Shown: in pieces, positions 15,296 through 23,269 of the stretch
How the letters are laid out: the number at the start of each line of letters is the position of its first letter
Position numbering within the stretch: position 1 is the first letter of the stretch
The notes under the pieces: model-generated
The model's input: only the letters and a program-made list of their open reading frames with translations
Databases searched by the model: none
Told to the model about the DNA's origin: nothing
DNA from: Candidatus Lokiarchaeum ossiferum
GTDB taxonomy: Archaea > Asgardarchaeota > Lokiarchaeia > Sigyniarchaeales > Promethearchaeaceae
Assembly: GCA_025839675.1 (NCBI GenBank)
Contig: CP104013.1
Span: 3,870,001-3,902,000 of the forward strand
Direction: 5' to 3'
Length of the DNA: 32,000 bases
Program-made: the position numbers and the translations under genes

Positions 15296-16087
15296 ATGGA
15301 AAAACGCTTTCAAATTGAAAATAGACGAGGGTATGAACTGCACTCAATACATTACTTTTCTTCTCCAGAATCATCTTCCTCAAAACCTCTTGCAATTCTG
15401 ATTCATGGTTACTGTGGGGATAAAGAAAATATGGGCTTTAATGCTGAAGGATTTGAGTTAGGTCGGTTTACTAAATTGGCCAAAGCGTTACTCCAAGAAG
15501 GTTATGAAGTTCTTTCTTTTGATCTCTCTGGCCATGGTGAAAATATCCGAGAACCTTTACGTATCTCGAATTTTGTTATGGATGTAGAAGATATATATGC
15601 ATGGGCCAAAAATCAGGGCTATACCAGAATCGGAACTGTTGCATATTCTCTAGGTGGCAATGCATCCATCCATGCTCAACTTCCAGAAAGGAAAGTGGCT
15701 GTTTTTTGGTCTCCCGCATTTTACCCTACTCGATCCAAAGGTAAATTTAAAGTATTTTTCTATAAAATTCTGGCTAAATTCATGAAATCTCCTGCAAAAG
15801 ATGGAGCTAATTTTGGTGATGTTTTGGTTGATGGAACATTTTTACAAGAATCAATTAGAGGCACATCTGATAATGTTTTACAAAAATTCGTTATTCCCAC
15901 ATTAATTGTGCATGGTAAAAGTGATATGTACGTGCGCTGGGAATGGAGCCAAGAAGCCTTTAACAAAATGCCTCATGATGAAAAACATCAATTCCAAGTT
16001 GTGGAAAACGCTGAGCATCATTACGATAAAGATCTGTTACAGCAATTCATCGATCCTACGGTTGCTTGGTTAAAAATATATTTATGA
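15296..16087 (+). CDS. alpha/beta-fold hydrolase
   Basis: HGYCGD oxyanion-region motif. Nucleophile elbow AYSLGGN (G-x-S-x-G-like). C-terminal HGKSD and AEHHY fit an Asp/His pair. I chose the ATG at 15296 (MEKRFQ) over the track start at 15209. That longer start would overlap the divergent AKR gene, and the decayed duplicate at 13384 conserves this same ATG. Confidence 0.8.
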   Translation: MEKRFQIENRRGYELHSIHYFSSPESSSSKPLAILIHGYCGDKENMGFNAEGFELGRFTKLAKALLQEGYEVLSFDLSGHGENIREPLRISNFVMDVEDIYAWAKNQGYTRIGTVAYSLGGNASIHAQLPERKVAVFWSPAFYPTRSKGKFKVFFYKILAKFMKSPAKDGANFGDVLVDGTFLQESIRGTSDNVLQKFVIPTLIVHGKSDMYVRWEWSQEAFNKMPHDEKHQFQVVENAEHHYDKDLLQQFIDPTVAWLKIYL

Positions 16088-16093
16088 TGGCTG

Positions 16094-17386
16094 TTAAGAA
16101 ACGATCAAACCATAAGCTACAAGGTAAATAATGCACATTCCGATATGAATTAGAGCAAAGGTGCCTCCTTTTTTCAGCAGTGTTTTATAGGTGAAACCTT
16201 CAACCTTTTGCTCGGTTGCAATATTTAAAGTCATTATATCGCACGCGGCGCCTTGTGGAAGAATATTACCTCCTAAATTTATTCCTAATAGGAAGGCAAT
16301 TAGAACAATATTCGGTGGTGTTCCAGAATATAAATCGGAAAGTAGGGTAATTCCTACAATTGCTGTTGGACTATTTGCTAAAAAACCAGACATCAGAGAA
16401 GTGATCATTAAAACTCCAAGAGCCATTAATATTTCATTATCTGTGGGGACTTTTGAGAGTAAATTTCCGATAATATCAAAAGTGCCGTTAATATCCATAT
16501 TACCAATTAGGAGAAATAGTGAAATGAAAAAGAAAATGACTTTCCAATCAATTTTAGCCATTGAATCCGTTATAGATTTCTTATTTAAAAGACTCATCAC
16601 AATTGCTCCTAATAGAGCAATCAAATATGAATAATCGGACACAAAAATAAATCCAAGAATGACAAGTGTAAAATAAATTGAATTTAGAATAAATTGCTTT
16701 TTGTTAATAATAACAAGGCTTGGATCCATAATCTCCAGTAATATTTTTTTTCTCGCTTCTTCTGGTGGGGCTTGTTTTTTCAGCATTAATAAATCCAACA
16801 AAATAAGTGTTGCAGCTAAAGCTATCACCACAAAAATAATCATGTTTCCCATGAACCAATCTGCCCCAAGGCTGAAACCTGATGAAATCAATATATTTTC
16901 TGAAGAGGAAAAGGGAGTGATTATTGATCCGATGTTGATGGTTATTGTAATTCCAAAAAGATATGGTGCAGGTCTAATATTTAGAATTCGACAGGCTCGG
17001 ATTACTAAAGGAACAAATATGATTGCCACAGTTACATCAGCAATAATCGCTGCTGTAATCGTTCCAATAATACAAATAAGATAGAAGAAAGCACGATGAT
17101 TTCCCTTGGTTATATGCAAAGTTTTGACAGCGACCCATTGAAATATTTTATATTGCTCCGCTATCATTACCATAATTTGCATAGAGAGAATAAATATCAA
17201 GGGAGTAACTTCAATTGTAGAAACGAAGTCTTCTAAGGATGTATCAAAGCGTAATGCCGTTATCACACTGGCAATTAAAGCTGCTCCCATGGAATAGGCG
17301 ACATAATCCATCTTATCTTGGCTGAAAATAATCATCACAGCCACAAATAGTACGAGTGTTATAATAATGGAAAAATAATCTGTCAC
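16094..17386 (-). CDS. ArsB/NhaD-superfamily (CitMHS-like) anion permease
   Basis: Polytopic membrane protein with conserved blocks HITKGNHR, AAIIADVTVAIIFVPL, INIGS..TPFSSSENILI and NILPQGAACD. It is a paralogue of 17493..18836. A GTG start at 17386 gives an N-terminus (MTDYFSII) that aligns with the paralogue's MADLLPII. The track start at 17395 is TTG. Confidence 0.75.
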   Translation of the reverse strand: MTDYFSIIITLVLFVAVMIIFSQDKMDYVAYSMGAALIASVITALRFDTSLEDFVSTIEVTPLIFILSMQIMVMIAEQYKIFQWVAVKTLHITKGNHRAFFYLICIIGTITAAIIADVTVAIIFVPLVIRACRILNIRPAPYLFGITITINIGSIITPFSSSENILISSGFSLGADWFMGNMIIFVVIALAATLILLDLLMLKKQAPPEEARKKILLEIMDPSLVIINKKQFILNSIYFTLVILGFIFVSDYSYLIALLGAIVMSLLNKKSITDSMAKIDWKVIFFFISLFLLIGNMDINGTFDIIGNLLSKVPTDNEILMALGVLMITSLMSGFLANSPTAIVGITLLSDLYSGTPPNIVLIAFLLGINLGGNILPQGAACDIMTLNIATEQKVEGFTYKTLLKKGGTFALIHIGMCIIYLVAYGLIVS

Positions 17387-17492
17387 GTTGCACAATCCCC
17401 TAGTTTATCATTAAGTGTTATTATCTCTTTATGTGGAAACAGTCCCTTAAGTTTTCTTAAAAAAGGATTTTATGGGTGTTTCGAAAATTTTT

Positions 17493-18836
17493 TTATAAAA
17501 CACCTGTAATTAAAGCAAAAATTGTCATATACATTATACTATTCAAAATATGAAAGATGGTAATCATAGAACCATTCTTTAGCAGTGTCTTATAATTAAA
17601 TCCGGTGATATTATTTTTCTCTGCCAAATTTAATGCCATCAGATCACATGCTGCTCCTTGCGGGAGGAAATTTGATCCAAGATTTATTCCAAAGAGGAAT
17701 CCCATCAAAATTAGATCAGGAACCGCTCCGGGAGTTGTTCCATAGATATTTTGTAAGAGTGCAATAAAAACAACGGCTGTGGGCACTTGTGCTAAAAATC
17801 CTGATAGCACACTTATTAATAATAGAACTGTAATCCCTGCCAGTAATTCATTCTCCGACAAGATATTTCCTGTCCATTGTCCAACCACGATAAATAGACC
17901 TGAGATTTGCATACATCCAATTATTAAAAATAAGGATATGAAAAAGAATATGATCTTCCAATCAATTTTGGCAATTAAGTCAGTGATAAGACTATGATTT
18001 AATAAGCTCATAACAATCGCACCGAACACAGCCACTGCCCAAGCATTTGGGAACACAACAAAACCAATAATAATACTGATAAAATAGATCGAATTAAGAA
18101 TAAATTCTCGGCGATCGACTATAACTATATCTGGATCCATGATTTCCAATAATATTCGTTTACGTTCTTCTACGGGAGGGGTTATCTTGCGGAGAAAAAC
18201 AATATCTAATATAAAAAGAGTGAGAGGTAAGACTAAAAAGACATAGGCGGTAAATCTGGTAAGAAACCATTTAAAATCCAAGCCAAATACTCCTGCGATT
18301 AAAATATTTTCGGAAGATGAAAAAGGAGTATACAAGCTCCCAATATTGATGGTAAAACTGATTGCAAATAAGTAAGGGGTAGCATCAATCTTCAAAATTT
18401 TACAAGCTCTGACTACTAAGGGAATAAAAATAATTGCTACAGTAATATCGGCAATAATTGCTGCGGATAATGAACTAATAATGCATAATGAATAGAAAAA
18501 CAAACGATGGTTGCCCTTAGTGATATGGAGTACTTTCAGTGCCACCCATTGGAAGATTTTGTGCTTTTCACAAATCATTATAATGACCTGCATCGAGATA
18601 AGAAACAAAATCGGTTCAAATTCGATAAATCCAACAAATGTATTAAAAATGTATTTAGATGGTTCAATTCCTTGATCATTTACTCCCAAAGATGGATAAA
18701 GTATTACAATCAGCACGACAGCGATGAATGCGGCTAAGAGCGAGAACGCTACATAATCCATTGAATCTTTTGTAAAAACTATCATAATGCCAACGAAGAG
18801 AATTAATAGAACAATTATCGGAAGTAAATCTGCCAT
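17493..18836 (-). CDS. ArsB/NhaD-superfamily (CitMHS-like) anion permease
   Basis: 447 aa, ATG start, with the same conserved blocks as 16094..17386 (HITKGNHR, AAIIADITVAIIFIPL, INIGSLYTPFSSSENILI, NFLPQGAACD). Confidence 0.75.
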   Translation of the reverse strand: MADLLPIIVLLILFVGIMIVFTKDSMDYVAFSLLAAFIAVVLIVILYPSLGVNDQGIEPSKYIFNTFVGFIEFEPILFLISMQVIIMICEKHKIFQWVALKVLHITKGNHRLFFYSLCIISSLSAAIIADITVAIIFIPLVVRACKILKIDATPYLFAISFTINIGSLYTPFSSSENILIAGVFGLDFKWFLTRFTAYVFLVLPLTLFILDIVFLRKITPPVEERKRILLEIMDPDIVIVDRREFILNSIYFISIIIGFVVFPNAWAVAVFGAIVMSLLNHSLITDLIAKIDWKIIFFFISLFLIIGCMQISGLFIVVGQWTGNILSENELLAGITVLLLISVLSGFLAQVPTAVVFIALLQNIYGTTPGAVPDLILMGFLFGINLGSNFLPQGAACDLMALNLAEKNNITGFNYKTLLKNGSMITIFHILNSIMYMTIFALITGVL

Positions 18837-19079
18837 GTTTTATCAAATACAATTTTTAGTATATTTTTTGGGGTGGGATACAAAAATTTTCAATAGGATC
18901 TCGGTTTTCATTCATTTCTCCCCAGATTTCAATACTCCTAATTTAGAAAATTCTTGGTTCCTATGTAAAACACGGATTTTTGGCCTTTTATTTTTATTTA
19001 TTTCTTGTTTTGGAACTTTTATTCCAAAATAAATCGAGGGTATTTCTTCCCATTTATCGGTTCTGTAAATTCATAAACG

Positions 19080-19093
19080 AAATTCATGAATTT
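19080..19093. promoter_or_regulatory. perfect 14-nt palindrome AAATTCATGAATTT plus an upstream half-site, candidate operator upstream of the Mrp/NBP35 gene
   Basis: Read directly from the sequence. The palindrome lies ~70 nt upstream of the ATG at 19163. An extra AAATTCAT half-site sits at 19067..19074. The sequence is AT-only, so a chance occurrence is plausible. Confidence 0.25.
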
Positions 19094-19162
19094 CCTTCAA
19101 AAAGTAATCACCAATTTTAATTTCAAAGATGTTTTATATGAATCAATATTCAAGTGATTAAC

Positions 19163-20044
19163 ATGACCGATGGAAAAGTAGAAGTATCGCAAGAAGATAT
19201 TGACAGAGTGATGGGTAAACCCCAAAAAACTGCTCAACAAATAGAAATGGATGCCATTAAGAAAACCATGGCGGGAATCAAACACAAAATAATCGTTTGT
19301 AGTGGTAAAGGTGGAGTTGGAAAATCAACTGTCGCTGCAAACCTCGCAATCGCACTTGCTTCGCAAGGATTAAATGTAGGGATTTTAGATGTTGATATAA
19401 CTGGGCCAAATATCGCTAAAATGTTAAATTTAGAAGGGCAACGTCCCGAAGTTCTACCAGGTGAAAATCTTTTTCTCCCAATTAATGGCCCGTTGAATAT
19501 AAAAGTCATGTCTATGGCATTTTTACTTGAAACTCCCGATACTCCTGTTATTTGGCGTGGTCCTATGAAAATGAAGGCAATTCGTCAATTTCTTGCCGAA
19601 GGGAAGTGGGGTTCAATGGATTACTTAGTTTCTGATCTTCCTCCAGGCACCAGTGATGAAACTTTAGACATCATGCAATTAACCGAAGGAGATGTGGTAA
19701 TCGTGACAACTCCCCAAGATGTTGCTACATTAGATTCCCGTAAAACCGTAATGATGGCTAAAGGGATGAAACGTAATGTAGTTGGGATTGTGGAGAACAT
19801 GTCTGGTTTTAGTGTTGAATGTCCCGATTGTCATAAAACCCATACTTATGATCTCTTCGGTAGTGGTGGTGGAGAAAAAGCAGCCCAAGAACTCAAGGTT
19901 CCTTTCTTAGGTAGCATCCCTATTGAACAAGGCATTCGACAAGGGGGAGATGACGGATTACCTTTCACTTTAAAAGATCCAGAATCTGCTTCATCCAAAG
20001 CGTTCCAAGATATTGTGTCCAAAATTAGAAAATCACTTGAGTGA
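19163..20044 (+). CDS. Mrp/NBP35 (ApbC-like) Fe-S cluster carrier ATPase
   Basis: Deviant Walker A CSGKGGVGKSTVAANLA. Walker B-like YLVSDLPPGTSDE. CPDCHKTH C-x-x-C motif. GSIP tail typical of the family. The ATG at 19163 is preferred over the GTG at 19154. Confidence 0.9.
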   Translation: MTDGKVEVSQEDIDRVMGKPQKTAQQIEMDAIKKTMAGIKHKIIVCSGKGGVGKSTVAANLAIALASQGLNVGILDVDITGPNIAKMLNLEGQRPEVLPGENLFLPINGPLNIKVMSMAFLLETPDTPVIWRGPMKMKAIRQFLAEGKWGSMDYLVSDLPPGTSDETLDIMQLTEGDVVIVTTPQDVATLDSRKTVMMAKGMKRNVVGIVENMSGFSVECPDCHKTHTYDLFGSGGGEKAAQELKVPFLGSIPIEQGIRQGGDDGLPFTLKDPESASSKAFQDIVSKIRKSLE

Positions 20045-20203
20045 TCAATTTAATTTCTCTAATTTTTCCCTTTTTTCATCTATTTTATCAAAACATGTTG
20101 TTTGAAATCAAATTTTGATCAAATAATTTTTAAAGAATTCAAATAAAAAACACGGGTGTCATTAATTTAAGTTTGGTCTCCTTATAGTATCTAGGTGTTA
20201 TTT

Positions 20204-20377
20204 ATGTCAGAAAAAGAAAAAATTCAAGAAAAATACAACAACCTTCGCACTCTATGGTTGGATTCGACAGATGCAAGTGAATCAGTTAAGTTAGTTATGG
20301 AGATGAAGGCATTGAAGGATAAATATCCTGATTTGATTGATTTTGAACGTGTTCCTTTTGGGAACCCTGTGTACTAA
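20204..20377 (+). CDS. small hypothetical protein (57 aa)
   Basis: ORF between the Mrp and metallophosphoesterase genes on the same strand. The sequence is helical-looking and acidic (SEKEKIQEKYNNLRTLWLDSTDASESVKLVMEMKALKDKYPDL). No motif found. Support comes from position and orientation only. Confidence 0.35.
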   Translation: MSEKEKIQEKYNNLRTLWLDSTDASESVKLVMEMKALKDKYPDLIDFERVPFGNPVY

Positions 20378-20414
20378 CCAATTTCTTTTTTTACTTCTAC
20401 GTTGATAGAGGGGT

Positions 20415-21155
20415 ATGAAGATTCTCCTTCTTAGTGATCTATCAAATCGTGTTCCAAAAATCCCCATTGAAGTTATTCAATCATGTGATTGTGTTTTACT
20501 GGCGGGAGATATTACAATGGGTGCCCGAAGTGAACGATTGATTATTAAAGTTTTTACAAAACTCGCAGCATTGTTCCCAGCACCCCTACCCGTATTCTTT
20601 ATTCCAGGAAATCATGATCATCCAGACCTAATGGAATCTCCTTCCTATATTCCAGAAAATTTCTTTCAAATGCATAATAAGATTTCGATGTTTTCTCCTG
20701 AAGTAGAAAATTCTGATATTAAATCTCTTCTTCTTCTCGGTTTCGGAGGTGCAACCCCCATTCCAGGATTTCCAAGTGGGCCTGGTCCAAACTATATCAC
20801 TTTTACCGAAGATGAATTACGGGATCAATTGACAAATCTGTTTTCAGAAACCACATACCTTCGTAAAAATGCTTCCATTTGTACAATTTTATTTGTGCAT
20901 AATCCTCCCTTTAATACCACCTTAGATTTAACTCATCAACTAGTGCATGTTGGTTCAAAATCTGTTCGGGATATCATTGAAAACTATTTTCCTGAGGTTT
21001 TCATCGCAGGGCATATTCATGAATCAAAAAGTATTGAATCATTAGGAGATACTCTTATGATAAATCCTGGTGAAGCAAAGTATGGACATTACGCAGTTAT
21101 TGATATCTCCAAAAATCAAATCACGTCTAAGCTAGCGAAAGTTGAAAAAGCCTGA
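20415..21155 (+). CDS. calcineurin-like metallophosphoesterase
   Basis: Motifs LLLSDLS (D), LAGDIT (GD), IPGNHD (GNHD), FVHNPP (H), AGHIHES (GH-x-H). A GAGGGG Shine-Dalgarno-like element lies just upstream of the ATG. Confidence 0.8.
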   Translation: MKILLLSDLSNRVPKIPIEVIQSCDCVLLAGDITMGARSERLIIKVFTKLAALFPAPLPVFFIPGNHDHPDLMESPSYIPENFFQMHNKISMFSPEVENSDIKSLLLLGFGGATPIPGFPSGPGPNYITFTEDELRDQLTNLFSETTYLRKNASICTILFVHNPPFNTTLDLTHQLVHVGSKSVRDIIENYFPEVFIAGHIHESKSIESLGDTLMINPGEAKYGHYAVIDISKNQITSKLAKVEKA

Positions 21156-21268
21156 AAATGATAAAGAAATGACTCATTGAAGAAACTATAAAAAGAGATT
21201 CTGGAAAAAAATGGCTTTAATATCATAGAATGGAGGTAATCGAGTAGGTTAAAATGCTATTCCTCTAT

Positions 21269-21397
21269 TTATATGAAAGCATGTATGCTAATAAGCATAA
21301 TTAATGTGATTAGAGCTAGCATGATTAGACCTATTAATATCTTTATCCGTTTTCCACCATGTTCCTCCGAATTTTTATCCAAGCGTGGTGCTTGCAT
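21269..21397 (-). CDS. possible 42-aa single-pass membrane micro-protein
   Basis: My own translation, since it is below the track's size cutoff: MQAPRLDKNSEEHGGKRIKILIGLIMLALITLIMLISIHAFI. It has a charged N-terminus followed by one hydrophobic helix. No other support. Confidence 0.2.
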   Translation of the reverse strand: MQAPRLDKNSEEHGGKRIKILIGLIMLALITLIMLISIHAFI

Positions 21398-21468
21398 TAA
21401 ATGAATTGAAATCCAAACACAAATGCTAAAGTTTCCATGAAGTATTGTTCAATCTTAGCTGTTAAATA

Positions 21469-21942
21469 TCAAGAATCTTCTAAAGATTGGTTTTGGAATT
21501 CATCAAAATATGTTACATATACTAAAAGGGGGAGTAAAAGGCGAAAGATACCGTGTCCCAATTTGGTTAGGTTGTAACTTACCCGAATCGGTCTCTGATT
21601 TGGAAAAACAGTTCGATTGATAATTTTATCTTTCTCTAAAGATTTCAATCGTTTAGACAGTGTCCCGACGTTTACGTAAGATAACATTTGTTTTATTTCA
21701 TTAAAATACAATTTTTCTTCTTCGCGGCTCAGAATGAATATAATGTCCAAAACATACTTAGAATCTAATATTTCAATAGCTTTTCGCAAGGATTGGAGTT
21801 CTGCTTCTACATGATTAGAATCGTGATTATGAAGACCAAGAAAATGATTAGATAATCCATTTTTGACTGCATTTTGCATTTTTGGGATTAAATTGATCAT
21901 TTCTTGCATTTCCTCGATACGTTTTTCCATAGGATATGTCAT
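21469..21942 (-). CDS. HxlR-type winged-helix transcriptional regulator with an N-terminal extension
   Basis: The C-terminal ~95 aa match the HxlR pattern (KYVLDIIFIL...FNEIKQML..VNVGTLSKRLKSLEKDKIINRTVFPNQRPIRVSYNLTKLG). A ~55-aa helical N-terminal extension precedes it. Confidence 0.75.
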   Translation of the reverse strand: MTYPMEKRIEEMQEMINLIPKMQNAVKNGLSNHFLGLHNHDSNHVEAELQSLRKAIEILDSKYVLDIIFILSREEEKLYFNEIKQMLSYVNVGTLSKRLKSLEKDKIINRTVFPNQRPIRVSYNLTKLGHGIFRLLLPLLVYVTYFDEFQNQSLEDS

Positions 21943-22159
21943 TTACTTCCACTTCCAAATACAGTAAATACTTGAATAAGTATAATATCACATACTTACT
22001 TTCTTCCCGTGCACTTTTCCCTTTAAGAAGTAACAATTACTATATTAGTTAGAGTAAGTATGAATTTTGTACCTATTGAATCTATGTATTGTGATTCATT
22101 TTCGTCAAAATTCATGACTTTAATTCAAAACCATGCACTTTAACTGGAGATAAAACTAT

Positions 22160-22696
22160 ATGAGCACCCAAATGAGTAATTTTAATTTCAACCTGATGAG
22201 TTTTTTTATGACAGCGTTTAAAAAAAAATCTTTTATAGAAAAACGAATACGCGAATCTCAAATAAAAAAAGATGATTATGTCCTTGATTATGCCTGTGGT
22301 CCTGGAATATTTACAATTCCTATTGCATCATTTATAGGTGAGCAAGGAAAGGTCATTGCTGCAGATATCCATCCACTTGCAGGCGAAAAAATATGCAAGA
22401 AGGCATCTAATATGGTACTTACTAACATAGAATTCTATCAAACTGATTGTGAACTCCCAATTCCCGATAATTCCATTAATGTGGCACTTTTGTTTGATTG
22501 TATTCATATGTTTAAAAATATTAATAAGATTTTAGCTGAGATACACCAAGTTTTACGAAACGATGGTGTGTTATCCGTTGACATCCATCATATCAAAAAA
22601 GAAGATGGGATGAGCTTAATTGAGAAGAGCAACTTATTTTCTCTTGAAATGAATCATGATAATAGTAATCACTTATTATATAAACCTAGGAAGTGA
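22160..22696 (+). CDS. class I SAM-dependent methyltransferase
   Basis: Motif I VLDYACGPGIFT, post-I AADIHP, motif II VALLFDCIH, motif III LRNDGVL. GGAGA lies upstream of the ATG. Confidence 0.8.
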   Translation: MSTQMSNFNFNLMSFFMTAFKKKSFIEKRIRESQIKKDDYVLDYACGPGIFTIPIASFIGEQGKVIAADIHPLAGEKICKKASNMVLTNIEFYQTDCELPIPDNSINVALLFDCIHMFKNINKILAEIHQVLRNDGVLSVDIHHIKKEDGMSLIEKSNLFSLEMNHDNSNHLLYKPRK

Positions 22697-22700
22697 GAAA

Positions 22701-23219
22701 ATGAACCAAGAATCCCACCAAGTTCCTAAAAATAACCGGAAAGACTTAGGGAAGACGGTATCAAGGTGCGATTTAAAACAAGTGATCTTATTTTTTTCCT
22801 TTTTGATTTTTGTTAGCCTTGATCTATTATATTTAAAAATTGATGTTGGCTTGAATCTTGAAATGAAGTGGTATTATCGTTTAGTCATTAGTCTGCCGTT
22901 ATTTATCATTGGAATTATAATTGCCAAAAAGAGCATGGTTATAATGTATTATGAAGTTCGCTCTCCTCCGGTGGTAGTGGATTGGGGGCCATTTCGCTAT
23001 TCCCGTCATCCTATGTATTTAAGTGCCTTGCTTTTTTATTTTGGGATAACTGTGTTCAGTTTTTCAGTTGTAGGGATAATTTATTATCTTTTTATCTATG
23101 GGTTTTATGGCTATCTTGCACACTTTGAAGAAAACCATTTAATTTCACAATATCAAGAAGCTTATGTTGATTACAAAAAACAAGTGTTAAAATGGATTGA
23201 TTTCCGCCATTTTAGCTAA
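22701..23219 (+). CDS. ICMT/PEMT-like membrane methyltransferase family protein
   Basis: Multi-TM protein with the family signature GPFRYSRHPMYLSALLFYFG. The ATG at 22701 (MNQESHQ) lies 4 nt after the upstream stop and follows AGGAAGTGAG. It is preferred over the overlapping track start at 22656. Confidence 0.75.
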   Translation: MNQESHQVPKNNRKDLGKTVSRCDLKQVILFFSFLIFVSLDLLYLKIDVGLNLEMKWYYRLVISLPLFIIGIIIAKKSMVIMYYEVRSPPVVVDWGPFRYSRHPMYLSALLFYFGITVFSFSVVGIIYYLFIYGFYGYLAHFEENHLISQYQEAYVDYKKQVLKWIDFRHFS

Positions 23220-23240
23220 ATTTTTCCTTTTCCAGTAGTG

Positions 23241-23256
23241 TTTTTTATATAAAAAA
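23241..23256. terminator. AT-only palindrome TTTTTTATATAAAAAA between convergent genes, candidate bidirectional oligo-T terminator
   Basis: It lies in the 50-bp gap between the stops at 23219 (+) and 23270 (-) and presents a T6 run on both strands. Archaeal termination commonly uses oligo-T tracts. No strong stem is present. Confidence 0.25.
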
Positions 23257-23269
23257 TTGGAAAAAACCA

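Noticed and set aside
16191-18737. Plus-strand ORFs 16191..16634, 16701..17084, 17779..17997 and 18507..18737
   Set aside because: They are antisense shadows within the two permease genes. Membrane-protein codon bias commonly leaves the opposite strand open.
18787-19509. ORFs 18787..19032 (+), 19097..19285 (-) and 19234..19509 (-)
   Set aside because: The first two mostly span the divergent intergenic region and have low-complexity translations. The third is antisense to the Mrp gene.
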